Part shown: one piece after another, positions 39,597 to 52,973 of the stretch
Numbering within the stretch: position 1 is the first letter of the stretch
How the letters are laid out: each line of letters opens with the position of its first letter
Source of the DNA: Octopus vulgaris
Lineage: Eukaryota
Assembly (NCBI GenBank): GCA_951406725.2
Contig: OX597814.1
Location: forward strand, 31,372,001 to 31,436,000
Reading direction: 5' to 3'
Length of the DNA stretch: 64,000 bases
Translations under genes and position numbers: made by a program
Notes under the pieces: generated by a model
Databases searched by the model: none
Told to the model about the DNA's origin: nothing
What the model saw: only the letters and a program-made list of their open reading frames with translations

Positions 39597-40336
39597 TAAT
39601 AATAATAATGATAATAATGATAATAACAATAATGATATTAATAATAATAATTATATATATATATATATATATATATAATTTCAATACTGAGCAAATAATT
39701 CGCGAAAAAAAATCATTAGAGAGAATATAATTGCCTCTGCGGAGATTTATCATTTACGACACCAAGGGAACCAATCTAATCATGCAATATCAGAGAAAGC
39801 AAAATGGCACAGGAAAGGAAGGAGGCTAAACAGACGGGATGTATCGTAAAGAATGATTTAGGAGGCATGGGCATAAAAGAAATAGGAGTGATATTAATAG
39901 AAAAATAAATATCCGAATTGGTAATTATAAAATTGTAGAAGATTGGGAAGGCAAGGGAAAGCAAAGGATATCTTGGCCTCTAAGAGAATAAATTATGTGT
40001 GTTTTAAACAACTTAAAGAAGACAAATTGTGTGTACGGACTATATAATTGAAAATAGGCTTCTGGTATGATTCAGCAATGGGTGATAATTAAATAGCTAC
40101 TTTTAACCATAGAAGAATTGATTAAGCATTGATCATTATCACGCCAGTTATTTAAGAGTCAATTTAATTTTTATGGGAATTAGATATTTTTTATTGTCTT
40201 TTTATACTTCTAACGCTAGGTTTTTTTTCTTTACTTTAACATAATATAAATGATGCTATATTGGAAATGTTCCTGTGACTGATGTTAGCTGTCAATCCAA
40301 ATACATATTGTTTTTGTAATGGGTTGCTGAGATTAC

Positions 40337-40777
40337 TCTTACTCTCTTTTACTCTTTTACTCGTGTCAATCATGTGATTGTGGCCATGCTGGAGCAGCGC
40401 CTTTAGTCGAGCAAATCGACCCCAGGACTTAGCCTTTGTAAGCCTAGTACTTATTCTAGCGTTATCTTTTGCCGAACCGCTAAGTTACGGGGTTGTAAAC
40501 ACTCCTGCATCGGCTGCCAAGCGATGTTGGGGGGGGGGGGCAAACACAGACATACAAACGTATACACACATACATACATACATAATACATACATACATAC
40601 ATACATATATACGTATATACGACGGGCTTCTTTCAGTTTCCGTCTACCATATCCACTCACAAGGCTTTGGTCGGCCCGAGGCTATAGTAGAAGACACTTG
40701 CCCAATGTGCCACGCAGTGAGATTGAAGCCAGAACCATGTGGTTGGTAAGCAAGCTACTTACCACACTTCCTACGCC
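40337..40777 (-). mobile_element. SINE family A
   Basis: Full reverse-complement match with a (TACTCTTT)n tail. Confidence 0.92.
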
Positions 40778-41553
40778 TATTCTTGATGTTAATTCCTGTC
40801 TCGAAACAATTTTTTTTTATGTATTGGAAAGGTCATCATGCCAATAATAAACATACACTGCTGGATGGTTTTCACTTCTTTCATCGTGATCATCATCATC
40901 TTCATCATCATCATCAGTCAATCAACTAATTAAACCAGTGAACTTAAGTAAGTAATCGATTGTTTGATTAACTTTTCGTCCAATATATCACTGATTTGTC
41001 AGAGTTCTTCTGTAGCAACATCATCAATGGCTTGCTTTTTCTATTCCAGTTCCGCTTCAGGTCTGCCAGTCTGTCTTCACGTTTACAGATTGAATATCTA
41101 TACTCATAGGGATGTCAGTGAGAATATTTCGGTGTTAGAGACAGAGAAAGAGGGAGAGAGAGCGAGACAGAACGGGAGAGGGAGAAAGAGTGTGTTTTAT
41201 GTGCTTATGTAGGCGCTGGTGTATGTGCGCGTGCTCACTTGTCTTTCATGCTGTGGACGCTGTTTGTGAAAGAGAAAATGCGTGTCTGTGTGTATATATT
41301 TGTGTGTCTGTGTGTACATGTTTGTGTGTGTGTATGTGTGTGTACGCGCGCGTATGTGTGTGTACATCGTGTATGTGTATGTTGTGAATTCTGTGAAAGG
41401 CATAAGTGGTTAAAAATATATTTATGCATCTATGTTATGGTTAAGATCATTTTCCTTTGTGAGTAGACTGCTTGCGTATAGGTGTGTCAGTGTGTATGCA
41501 TGTAGAAACATTCGGTTCCAGTCAGTTATTTTTAGTATGGTACGATTCAAATT

Positions 41554-41813
41554 GTGGAGGCGCGTAGCTTAGTGGTTAGGGTGTCAGCATCATGATCATA
41601 ATATTGTAGTTTCGATTCCTGGACCGGGCGACGCGTTGTGTTCTTGAGCAAAACACTTCATTTCACGTTGCTCCAGTTCACTCAGCTGGCAAAAATGAGT
41701 AACGCTGAGATGGACTGGCGTCCCGTCCAGCTGGGGAACACATACGCCATTAAAACCGGGAAACCGGGCCCATGAGCCTGGCTAGGCTTTAAAAGGGCGC
41801 ATATATTTTTTAT
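41554..41813 (+). mobile_element. tRNA-derived SINE (head E, CORE-like body, V-domain-like 3' part)
   Basis: GGAGGCGCGTAGCTTAGTGGTTAGGG...GTTTCGATTCC; body as in 1085-1414; then GATGGACTGGCGTCCCGTCCAG; imperfect TSD TACGATTCAAATT/TACCGATCAAATT. Confidence 0.88.
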
Positions 41814-42127
41814 TACCGATCAAATTTCAATTCGATAACTCCCTTTATCTTTCATTCTAATAACTGAAGGCATTTTACTACCAACTAACTATTTCTTCAC
41901 ACACGCATATGCAGAGCATATAACTCCCCTTACACACGAAACATACCGGTGTATATTTATTAACACACCAGTGTATGTTCACTAACACATCAAAGTATAT
42001 ATGTCTAACACCCACAGATATGTCTGTCTGTCAGTATGTATGTATGATGCATGTATGTATGATGTATGTATGTATGTATGATGTATGTATGTATGTATGT
42101 ATGTATGTATGTATGTATGTATGTACG

Positions 42128-42180
<53 letters not shown>

Positions 42181-42212
42181 GTCTCACGGTGGTACTCTTT
42201 TCAGTTTCATGC

Positions 42213-42372
42213 GATGGGTTTCTTTCAGTTTGTCTCTACCAAATCCACTCACAAGGCTTTGATCGGCTCGAGGTTATGGTAGAAGACACTTGCCCGAGAT
42301 GTCATGGAGTGGGACCGGACCCGGAACTATGTGGTTGAGAAGCAGACTTCTTACCACACAGCCACGCCTGCG
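42213..42372 (-). mobile_element. SINE family A, 5' half, diverged
   Basis: CCAAATCCACTCACAAGGCTTTG...TTACCACACAGCCACGCCTGCG. Confidence 0.8.
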
Positions 42373-42929
42373 TTTATATGATCCTATCTATGTTGTAGTA
42401 TTTTATTAATTTATTTTAGTTTAGTTTTTGGTGGCGAGTAGCAGTGGTGATGTGGCTAATGCTCTGCGTAAATCAGACACTATGACGGATATTTACCCCT
42501 TCCCCGCAGTGTGTGAAGTACTGTTCATTGTCAATTAAATGTCTTATTCCGTATTGTTTTGAGATATTGGAACGAAGAGCGTCATTGTATTATAATTTCA
42601 TCGGTGCTATACCCAAAATAAGAGAAGCATCTGGAGTTGAATGTCCAAACATGAATACACACACGCTGACGCCCACGTACACACGCGTTGCTTATAAAGG
42701 CAATGTCATTAAGCAAGAAATATATAGATATATAAATAAATAAATCTTTAACCATTCACACCTTTTGCAGAATCCACACTATGCATTTACATGAGCGCTT
42801 GCGCATAGGAATATTGTGTTTCACATAATCCACAACATGCCTCAGAAATATTAGCCTGTCTAACACATTGGGTGCAGCATTCTTTTCTCTTTTGGTATAA
42901 TAACGAGGGCTTCTCTCGCGAGCTTTCTA

Positions 42930-44150
42930 TAGCAGTGTCTGGCTAGTTGGTCACTCTCTGGAGATTTCCCTTTCGATCGATTCACAATAACCATCAGGAT
43001 AATTTCATTGTTGATATATATATATATTTTTTGGGGGAGAGATGTCAGCAGAAATCTCATATACTCATGTCGTAGGTTATTTTAATTTCATTAGTCTATG
43101 TTGTTTTTTGTACTATACGACAGGTAGCACTTAAAAATGTCTCTAGATCATTCTGGGGAGGGTTTTTCATAAACTTGATGGCCTTTTATACTTCAGTTGT
43201 ACCGCTTCTGGGTTTAGTGCAGAGGTGCGGCTTATGGCCCAACTTAGTACTAAAAGTTTTACAATAGCAAAATATTTCACCTTCCGTTAGTTGTTCGTGT
43301 TTAAGGGCAATTAAATTACCCATTCTTACCTCCTACTGACAGTTCTCGTGCACCTTAGAGAATTTATCAAAATCACTGCAGGTAACTTCGCATTCGCTGA
43401 TCGCATCTAATTATTCAATATGTTTTGGGAGGTTTCAACATTAGTCTCGAGACAGGTCATCCATTTTCGTTGTTTTAATGTTTGATTGAAGTCTGTTTTT
43501 GATGAATGATAATGATAAGACAATATAAGACAGTCAACGTTCAAAATTCAAAATTCTTGTGTTCCTCAGCAACTGGAGCGACTAAGAATAATCCTACATT
43601 GGAAGTTTTTCTATTTAGAATCAGAAACTGTGTTGATGTTTTATTAAGTTTGCTTGTATTTGTATTTTGAATTGTTTATATTAATCACTCTGTCTACAAG
43701 CGTCTGTCACTCGTCTTAGTTTTATAATAGTTTTTGTTGTTGAAATATCGGCCGTGCTCTTTTAATGTCCTTTATTTCATGTGATTTTGATGATCGGTAA
43801 GGATAACTGCATTATTCATATCTCAACGAATGTGAAATGCTTTCGTGACTGTCTGGCACTGAAATCCAAATTGTTAGAATATTTTAGATCGAAGTAATCC
43901 ATCATCCTTTCCAGATAGCTAGTTGATGCATCTTTCTTTGCCTTTTTTTTTTTATATATATATTTTATAGTACTGACAACGGTCTTGGTTCATTTCAAAG
44001 GTCTTCTGAATTTTTCGATTATCCTTCGACTTGCAATAGCTGATTCTTTCTAGCCTGTTGCCCAACCACCTTGTATGTAGTTGTTTGTCCACGCGCTTGA
44101 TTTTTGTTGATTTTACCGTTTAATTACTGCTACGATATACTCTGAAAGTA
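42930..44150 (-). mobile_element. Highly decayed Penelope-like element (tentative)
   Basis: Minus strand GKDDGL (about 43900; cf. YRDDGL), HLC and RH...F.L near 43050-43230, followed by a CTGATG...GAAA motif at about 42970-43000. Confidence 0.35.
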
Positions 44151-44171
44151 AATACAGTTTTTATAAATTCA

Positions 44172-44405
44172 TTCTTCTTCTTCTTCTTCTTCTTCTTCTT
44201 CTTCTTCTTCTTCTTCTTCTTCTTCTTCTTCTTCTTCTTCTTCTTCTTCTTCTTCTTCTTCTTCTTCTTTTTTCTTCTTCTTCTTTTTCTTCTTCTTCTT
44301 CTTCTTCTTCTTCTTCTTTTTCTTCTTCTTCTTCTTCTTCTTCTTCTTCTTCTTCTTCTTCTTCTTCTTCTTCTTCTTCTTCTTCCATTATTATTATTAT
44401 TATTT
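44172..44405. repeat. (TTC)n microsatellite of about 215 bp plus (TTA)n
   Basis: Directly visible. Confidence 0.97.
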
Positions 44406-45063
44406 TATCTTCTGCAGCTAGAAGATACAGTGCCTATTTGCACTGAGCTTCGTATGTATTTATATATTTAACAACATAAACGAAATACCGTGTGAGAAAT
44501 AAGGCAAAATATGTGTTAAATGAATACATGTATCATCTATTTATTTTACTTAGAAACAGATCAATGTTTGCTTAATTTACTTACTGTTGTTAAAACTCGG
44601 ATGCAGAGGGATTTTCCTGTGGATATTTAGACAACGTATTTGATTCTTATAGCTTTCAGCTGGTGCCACCACGTTCTGTGTAAAATAATTGGCAAACCTA
44701 GCTGTGTGCATAAAACCAGATATATTAAGTCCATTTTTGGCTCCAAGTTCAAATGCTTAATTACACACACATGCACACACACACACACACATACACACAC
44801 ACAAGCATGCACACACGCATACAGATATACATGCATATATACATGCATACATATTAAAACGGTCATAACCGCGTTCCGTCAAGTGGAGTGGAGGACAATA
44901 TATATATATACGCTACAGAATTCGGAAAACGGGCCTTATGACCCTCCAACTCGGGAAGGCCCTTTGATCCATTTTGATCCCCTTTACATTTACCTTGGTA
45001 AGCTCAACATCCGAAACGTTTGGACTATTAGCCACCGTTAAATTTCCGAGGATTAAAAATATT

Positions 45064-45490
45064 CTTTTCTAGTCTACGCACAAGGATCGACATTTTTGGG
45101 GAGGAGGAGGGGCAGTCGATTAGATTGACCACAGTACAGAACTGGTACTTAATTTATCGACGCCGAAAAGATGAAAAGTAAAGTCGACCTCGGCGGAATT
45201 TGAACTCAGATCGTAAAGTCAGACGAAATACCGCTACGTATTTCGCTAACGTTTCTTATTTCTTTATTGCCCAGAAGGAGCTAAACATACAAGGGACAAA
45301 CAAGGACAGAAAAAGGGATTAAGTTGATTACATCGACCCCAGTGCGTAACTGATACTTATTTAATTGAACCCGAAAGTATGAAAGGCAATGTCGATTTCG
45401 GCGGAATTTGAACTCAGAACGAAACGGCTGACGAAATACGGCTCTGCATTTCGCCCAGCGTTCTAACGTTTCTGCTTGCTCGTCGCCTTT
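45064..45490 (-). mobile_element. Head-to-tail dimer of SINE family F within one TSD
   Basis: Two F units (45064-45256 and 45257-45490) with different 3' ends; flanking TSD GATTAAAAATATT at 45051-45063 and 45494-45506. Confidence 0.85.
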
Positions 45491-46180
45491 GACGATTAAA
45501 AATATTAAGACAAATGCACTCATGTACAAAGTAGGGGTTATTTTCTTCTAAGAAACTTATATACATACAAGTTCCGATCATGGTTTTGCATGCTTAAACT
45601 TCAAAGTCACTGTCAATACTATTATTGTTAAGATATATGTACAGTAGAAAAAAAAAACTGAGTAATCCATCACTTTAATGCAAAATTACTTTTATTATAT
45701 CTTAACATCAACACAAACATCAATATACATGTATATGTTCACATACAGACACATATGTGTATGTGTTTGTGCGTGTGTATTTGTGTGAGCTTGTGTGTGT
45801 GTGTAGAAACACAAACATATACAAAATAGTGTTCTCCCAATCACCAATTACATTATCCCAATTTCTCGATCAACAGAATTACCCCCTCATTGAATTACAT
45901 TGCAAACAGCTGCGTATTCCTTATAGACGTGTTTCGTTAACATATTCCAGATGTAGAATCAGCATAAACAGTTTCTGTAAAGGTTGGTCGTTTGAATTTC
46001 TGTTACAGTTTTTTTTTAATGTTTTGCTTAACCTGACACTAAAGTATAAGACACTTTCCTAAGATGCTAAACAGTCGGATCGAAAACAGGATCTCATGTT
46101 TGCCAAGCAAACTTCTTAACCGTGTGGTCATATTTGTGTTTATTTGCACGAAAACACACTCACACTGCATGTGCGCACAT

Positions 46181-46490
46181 TGTTTTGTTTGTTCCTTCTC
46201 GAGCCACACCTGGCTCATAAGGGCCGGTTTCCCGGTTTCCTTGGCGTATAGGTTCCCCACCTGGAAGGAACGCCGGTCCGTAGCAGGTGAGCTGCAAGAT
46301 GCAGGAGGAAAGAGTGGGGGGATAGTTGTGGCGAAATAGTCAGCAGAAGTTCGCCATTACCTTCTGCTTGAGCAGCGTGGGGCTTAGGTGTTTCGCTTAT
46401 AAACACACACATCGCCCGGTCTGAGATTCGAACCCGCGATCCCTCAACTGCGAGTCCGCTGCTCTAGCCATTAGGCCATGTGCCTCCACA
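46181..46490 (-). mobile_element. tRNA-derived SINE (head D-like plus V-domain-like 3' part)
   Basis: Head and body align with 9780-9951; the 3' part (GGACCGGCGTTCCTTCCAGGTGGGGAACC...GAAACCGGGAAACCGG) aligns with 41710-41790; TSD GCGCACAT. Confidence 0.85.
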
Positions 46491-46851
46491 GGAGCGCACA
46501 TACACATATAATAAGTGCGTGTGTGTTTGGTGGTGTATTATACATATACGTAAAACACAGTCTCACACACAAACAATGTATATGTATACTTATGCATAAA
46601 CATATTTACCTACAGTTACTTACATACATATATACATATAGAGTATATATGCACACACACAAATATACACTCATACACATGGAATTATACATATTACACT
46701 CCAGCACACACACACACACACATATATATATATCTACACATACATACTTGCATGTGAGTTTCTCAATACACATACACACATAATGAATCAAGCACTGATA
46801 TGTGTTTATGCATCTGTGTGTATATATACATACACACACACACACACACAC

Positions 46852-46917
<66 letters not shown>

Positions 46918-49186
46918 TATATGTGTATGTATATATGCATATATTTATATATGTGTTCCTACCGTTTGCCGAATGAATGTGTGATTGGTAGTTGCGATAT
47001 CGGTGGTGTTCATAGATTTCTATCACCTCCCTAGTTTTACATCAATGAAAAATTTGTTCTCACAGCTATCTTGATTAAATAATACCGGCTGATTCATTTC
47101 TGGATAAGATTGGAGAGTGTCAGAATTTTACATTGGTGACATGGCTGCTTATAGTTATGATGCTGTTGCTGCTGTTGTTGTTACTACCGCTCGTAGTGAT
47201 GTTATAATGCTGATTGTGGTATACGTGTGTGAATGCGTTTTTTAGCATGGTAGGGGTATAGATATTGGCATTCCTGAATATGGTGTTTGTAGTGATAGAC
47301 ATAGTTGTAGTGGTATCGGTAGGCAGTTCGATGTTTTGTGTAGTTGTTGTTGTTTTGGCACCAATGTCAGCATTGAATAAGATCTATAACCAAATGCATC
47401 TGACTCGTAACCTTTAAGTTCTTTATTTTTCTGTCATTCCGTTCTCAGAGATACATTATAAAATTCATTCTTTAAAAATAATTTAGTTTCATTATTGGAG
47501 GTATATTTTCGTTACTATTTCTAGCAGGTGGATGAATTGTGTATAGCCTTTCTTCATGGCTAGCGAAAGGGATCTTAAGTTTCTTAGAGATGATAATTGC
47601 AGAGATGATAAATGACTATTATAATGAAGGTCAAGATAAAGGTGAGGCTCTCAGGTCTTTCGTGCTTGTTGTTTTGTTACTGGCTGTAAGTTTAGTTGCG
47701 ATAATGATGGTGGCCGAAGTAATATTTTGATGGTCTTGGTCTTGGCGTTAGATGAAGTACAGGTGATGTTCTGACTGCTATGGTGATGGTGATGAGAATA
47801 TTGTACTTGAGGTAAGAATCTTTTTGTTGTCATTGTTCCAATTATTTTGTCATTCATAGCCACGATCTAGCTAACCAAAAAGTAGAAGTAAACGTGGCCA
47901 TCCGTTTTCCCACACAGTGTATATAAAATGACATTGACCCTCTACGATAAAAGAACGATTTCGTGACTGGAAAATCCATACATCAGGTAAGGTTACATCC
48001 TTGGTGTTAGTATAACTCTTTTGACATAGATCTATCTTGATCGAACAAACGTATGATAAAAAGTGCTCCAGCTTTCGTTTTTCATATATAGTCTATCTAA
48101 TACGCCAGTGTTCACTGTACCTCAATTAAAAATGTAGCTTGCTATTTGAGGACGATTTAGCGGTTATGTTAACAAATAAAACGTTTACATACAGGGCTTC
48201 TTATTGTTATGGATACAGGTTACTCTTGTTATACTAGACGGGGTAGTCTCATTGGTTGAACTAAAAGGCAGCGATGACAATGATGCAGCTGGTTTTCTCC
48301 AAAGACGTTTCATAGTGATCGAAGAATATGTTGCCGTGCGCGTTCTTGGTGTTGGTTTGCTTCCCAAACTGTTTCTCACCATGCAGACCTGTTCACAAGT
48401 ACGTCAAACCGTGACCACCTGGTCTTTTATTCGGGTGGTGTATGAAATAATAAATCATCACGTCACATGTTTTGCTTTTCTTTTAAAGATACCGGAATGT
48501 GATCCGAGGGAGATATCAATGCTATTTCAGGCGCGTCAAGCGACCACAAAACTCTGGCTTGTTATGATGGCGGGACTGCTGCCGGTGGCGATGGTGGTGC
48601 TGACAGTGGTGTTGTGGCGGTGACAGTGGTTGTCACTGGAGCAATCATGTGGTTGTCTGTGGAATAAAAAGGTTTGCGTTGTTAACGGATAATAGTGCTG
48701 ACAGCAATGGTGCTGGGATTTGTTGTGGAGTTTGTTGTTAAAGTCATGACAAAAGCATCAGTTATATTAACGTAGTGGTGTTGGCGGTGAGAATAATTTC
48801 GGGTGAACAATTTTGCTAGTCAATAAATTCTATTTTCGTGCATTACTTTCTAATGAAACAAAGAGAGAGAGAGAGAGAGAAGAGAAAGAAAGTGAGAGAA
48901 AGGGAGGGAGAACAAGAGAGAGAGAGAGAGAGAGAGGTCAGGAAGAGAGGGAACAAAATGAAATCAAATAATTATTCACCTTTGTGGATGCTTGGTGAAG
49001 ATGAGTGTAGTAGGTACGTGCATGTATGAGAACATTCGCACACATATTTTTGCTTAAAACATGGATCTCTGAGCACCTATATGCTAGTGAAGAAATTGGG
49101 TGACAACTAATATTTTTTTTTCATCAGCAATTATTAGTTTCTTTGCTCATTATCTGCTTCATATCTATTTCTTCTACTTTTTCATG

Positions 49187-49755
49187 TTGTTAATTATGAT
49201 GTTGTTCATGATGTTCAGCATCTTCATCATTATCGTTATCATCATCATCTTCTTCTTCTTCTTCTTCTTCTTCTTCTTCTTCTTCTTCTTCTTCTTCTTC
49301 TTCTTCTACTTCTTCTTCTTTCTCTTCTCTTTCTTCTTCTTCTTCTCTTCTCTTTCTTCTTCTTCTTCTTCTTCTTCTTCTTCTTCTTCCTCTTCCTGTT
49401 AATTATGATGTTGTTCATGATGTTCACCATCTTCATCATTATCGTTATCATTTTCTTCTTCTTCTTCTTCTTCTTCTTCTTCCACTCCCTCTTCTTCCTC
49501 TTCTTCTTCTTCTTTTTCTTCTTCTTCTTCTTCTTCTTCTTCTTCCTGTTAATTATGATGTTGTTCATGATGTTCATCATCTTCATCATTATCGTTATCA
49601 TCTTCTTCTTCTTCTTCTTCTTCCTCTCCCTCTACTTCTTCTTCCTCCCCCTCCTTTTCTTCTTCTTCTTTCTCTTCTTCTTCTTCTTCCTCTCCCTCTT
49701 CTTCTTCTTCTTCTTCTTCTTCTTCTTCTTCTTCTTCTTCTTCTTTTTCTTCTTC

Positions 49756-49786
<31 letters not shown>

Positions 49787-49790
49787 TCTA
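49187..49790. repeat. Three-unit minisatellite with embedded (TTC)n
   Basis: GTTAATTATGATGTTGTTCATGATGTTCA.CATCTTCATCATTATCGTTATCAT at about 49188, 49398 and 49547. Confidence 0.92.
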
Positions 49791-49854
49791 CAAGCTCTGC
49801 GCGACTCCTTGGTCTCTACACCCGAAGGACCTTAGTATCTATGCTGCCAATTAT

Positions 49855-51830
49855 TTATACTTTGTTGCCATCTTGATAATGGACACATGAAATGATGCAT
49901 TATTGATGACCATTGCCTGTTCCTCTGGGTATGCAATGCATTCGGGTCCGGTATATGGAGGATGCCGTACAACTGTGAGCTGATAGAACAGTACTTGAAA
50001 TTCTCTAGCATCAGACTGCATGCAATTTTGATCAACCCTCCTGAATATTCATCCAGTTTCCTCATCAAGCTTGCGGCATAGTCAGGGTTCTTTATTGTTT
50101 GTGATAATTTTGTATCATCGGCATAGCTAGCAACAGCGACAGTCTGAGTGACTAACCCTTAAGGAGTCATATAAACACTTATCTAGTTTGAGAGTTTTGT
50201 TAAGATCTTGCAGATTGGGATATATTGGGTCTTCCAATAAATAAAGTGATTATTTAATATTTCTTATATTTTTCAAAATTATGATAAACAAAGTTCATTT
50301 TTAATCCAAAATATACTCTGTTTCATTTCCTACAATGCTCTTCCGAGGTCCCTCTTCGAAAATTCACTTGTCCGCGACGAAAAATACTCCTCCAGTACTA
50401 TACTGACCTCGTCTAAAAAATTAGTATTTTTCCTGTCCAAATGATTTTCAAGACTGCGAAATAAATGATAATCAGATGGAGCACTGTTCAGGGAATATGG
50501 TGGGTGGGGCATCATTTCCCATTCAAACTGGAATGACATCCTCGCAGTCTGTGGCCGAGCATTACCCTGATAGGAAGACACCTTTCGTCTTAAAACCAAA
50601 GATGGTCATTTTTCTTCTAGTGCAGGTGTCCATGAATGGTTGAGTTACCAAATCCAAGCTTCACTGCTAGTTCCTCAACAGTTACGATGGGATTTTGTTC
50701 CACCAGGGCCTGCAGAACGTCCTCATCGAGCCCTATAGATCATCCGGAACGAGGCTCGTCTTCTAGGCTGTAGTTTCCGGCTCAGAATTTCTGGAACCAC
50801 CGTTGACACTGGCATCATATTAATTGTCCGATCCCCATATACTGCATTAATATTCCTCGCACTTTCCGTTGAGTTTATTGTTGAACTCAAAGCAAAATAT
50901 GCCGAATATGCTCCTTTGTCTTTTGATTATAGCTTTGAAAAAAATAACTGTTAAAATCGAATTGCACTCTTCAAAACGTGCAGTAAGAATAAGTACAAGC
51001 TATAATTACTACCTGCTTGTATAGCAAGTTTACGAAGGTAGTTTATCCCGACCATCTCAGACTTTTAGTTCATGCAACTGAAAAAACCGCATTATTGATT
51101 AGATGGCTCAGTGTATTGCTGTGATTAACCACGTCAAAGGCCTTTGCAAAGTCAAGATATATCATTACGACATTAGAATGGTCGAGCAGCTGCTTCAAAG
51201 CCCTGTCATAGTGCAACGAATAGCTGTGAGAGACAGCTTCTTTCTAGACGGAAACCATGTTGATTATCGTTCAGCAAATCAGTTTCTTCTAGGAACGTTA
51301 TCAGTTTCCTTCTGACAAGGGGAGTTTCGTAATGATTTACGCCATTATTACACTGGTATGTGACGTCAGTGAGATGGACCTGTAATTTTTAGTTTTTGAT
51401 CACGCCTTTATGGATAGGACATATAATGCGTTCTTTTGGCTTTCTATGAAAAGTATCTGAAGTATACTTTTCTCTGACGTATCTGAAGCAGTTTCGCTGA
51501 AACCTGCTTACATGACTTCAAGAGAATGGCCGGAATCATTGGTACAAATCGCCGAGTATCAGCTCATTTTATCTAAGATCGTTGTTACATCTACCATGCA
51601 ATCCATCCATCTAATTAATGGTTACAACCTTCCTCTCCACAGCTGTAATATCAAAGAACTCAGCCGGGTTATCTATTTGCATATGTCCAAGTGAAGAGGT
51701 GAAGACACTTTTAAATTACACACTGAGCACTTCATTTACCCTGTTGGGCTCCGCGAACAGTGAGCCATTCACTTGGGGCAATGGTCTTACTTTGTACTCA
51801 ATTGTGGGTGTTTCTTTTGCAAATATTTAG
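49855..51830 (-). mobile_element. Decayed CR1-group LINE RT, split by a mariner
   Basis: NYRSISLTSH (about 51370), QHGFRLERSCLSQL (about 51250), YLDFAKAFDVVNH (about 51140); after the mariner LQDLNKTLKLDKCLYDSL and ASYADDTKL (about 50120). The GVPQG segment is deleted. Confidence 0.85.
50225..51111 (-). mobile_element. Degenerate mariner (about 890 bp)
   Basis: KEHIRHILL, RSGRS and PHPPYSLNSAPSDYHLFRSL motifs; degenerate TIRs TTGGGTCTTCCAATAAATAAAGTG / CTGAGCCATCTAATCAATAATGCG. Confidence 0.85.
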
Positions 51831-51898
51831 AAAGTTTTGAGGCTTGTTTTCATATTTTCCACAGTTCTGTCTTGTATTCCATTTCCCTTTCATAAACC

Positions 51899-51959
<61 letters not shown>

Positions 51960-52019
51960 GCACAAACGAGCGTGCACATACACAGTCACAGACGTACACG
52001 CACATACACGAACAAACAG

Positions 52020-52300
52020 TATAAAAATATGCTGTTTGATACTTTCTTCAGTTGTCTCTGTTACATATACTCCGCGTGACGAAGGTAAGGACAAGACGCG
52101 ACTTAATTGAAACAGTCCTACGCGGAGTAAATGAAACAGGGACAACTGAAGAAGGGAAATATTCTTTATATTTTATGTCTCGTTTCTCTGTTTTTTTCGT
52201 TGTTTGAAAAAAAGTTCGTTTTTATATTTTTGTTTATATATTTTCGTTTCTCATTGTGTTCAAGGTTTTTTGATGTCCTGTACCCATATATGCATGATTA
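52020..52300 (+). mobile_element. Dispersed repeat family B
   Basis: Block similarity with 34860-35330 on the opposite strand. Confidence 0.5.
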
Positions 52301-52387
52301 TATACATATATATGTAGGTATATATATATGCATATATTTATATTTTAAATATATCTTATTACATACATACATGTATACATGTATATA

Positions 52388-52552
52388 GGCGCAGGAGTGG
52401 CTGTGTGGTAAGTAGCTTGCTAACCAACCACATGGTTCCGGGTTCAGTCCCACTGCGTGGCATCTTGGGCAAGTGTCTTCTGCTATGGCCCCGGGCCGAC
52501 CAATGCCTTGTGAATGTATTTGGTAGACAGAAACTGAAAGAAGCCTGTCGTA

Positions 52553-52615
<63 letters not shown>

Positions 52616-52834
52616 CTTTGTGTGTCTGTGTTTGTCCCCCTAGCATTGCTTGACAACCGATGCTGGTGTGTTTACGTCTCCGTCACCTAGTGGTTCGGCA
52701 AAAGAGACCGATAGAATAAGTACTGGGCTTACAAAGAATAAGTCCCGGGGTCGATTTGCTTGACTAATGGCGGTGCCCCAGCATGGCCGCAGTCAAATGA
52801 CGGAAACAAGTAAAAGAGAGAAAGAGTAAAGAGT
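52388..52834 (+). mobile_element. SINE family A, near-consensus copy
   Basis: Full-length match to the 14723 copy. Confidence 0.93.
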
Positions 52835-52839
52835 ATACA

Positions 52840-52973
52840 TATATGCATACATAAATACAAGCAAAAATACTCTGTTGATATTGAAATTCCAATGAAGAAG
52901 CCTTTTATCTAAATTAGAATCCGATTCTTTCTCTATTGGCGAGAAATTTTGAAATAGACTGAATAATGACATA
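52840..52973 (+). mobile_element. 3' UTR end of the (TACA)n-associated R4/Dong-like LINE
   Basis: CTGTTGATATTGAAATTCCAATGAAG...TTCTTTCTCTATTGGC...CTGAATAATGACATA; its CATA tail resumes at 54241, after the mariner. Confidence 0.7.
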
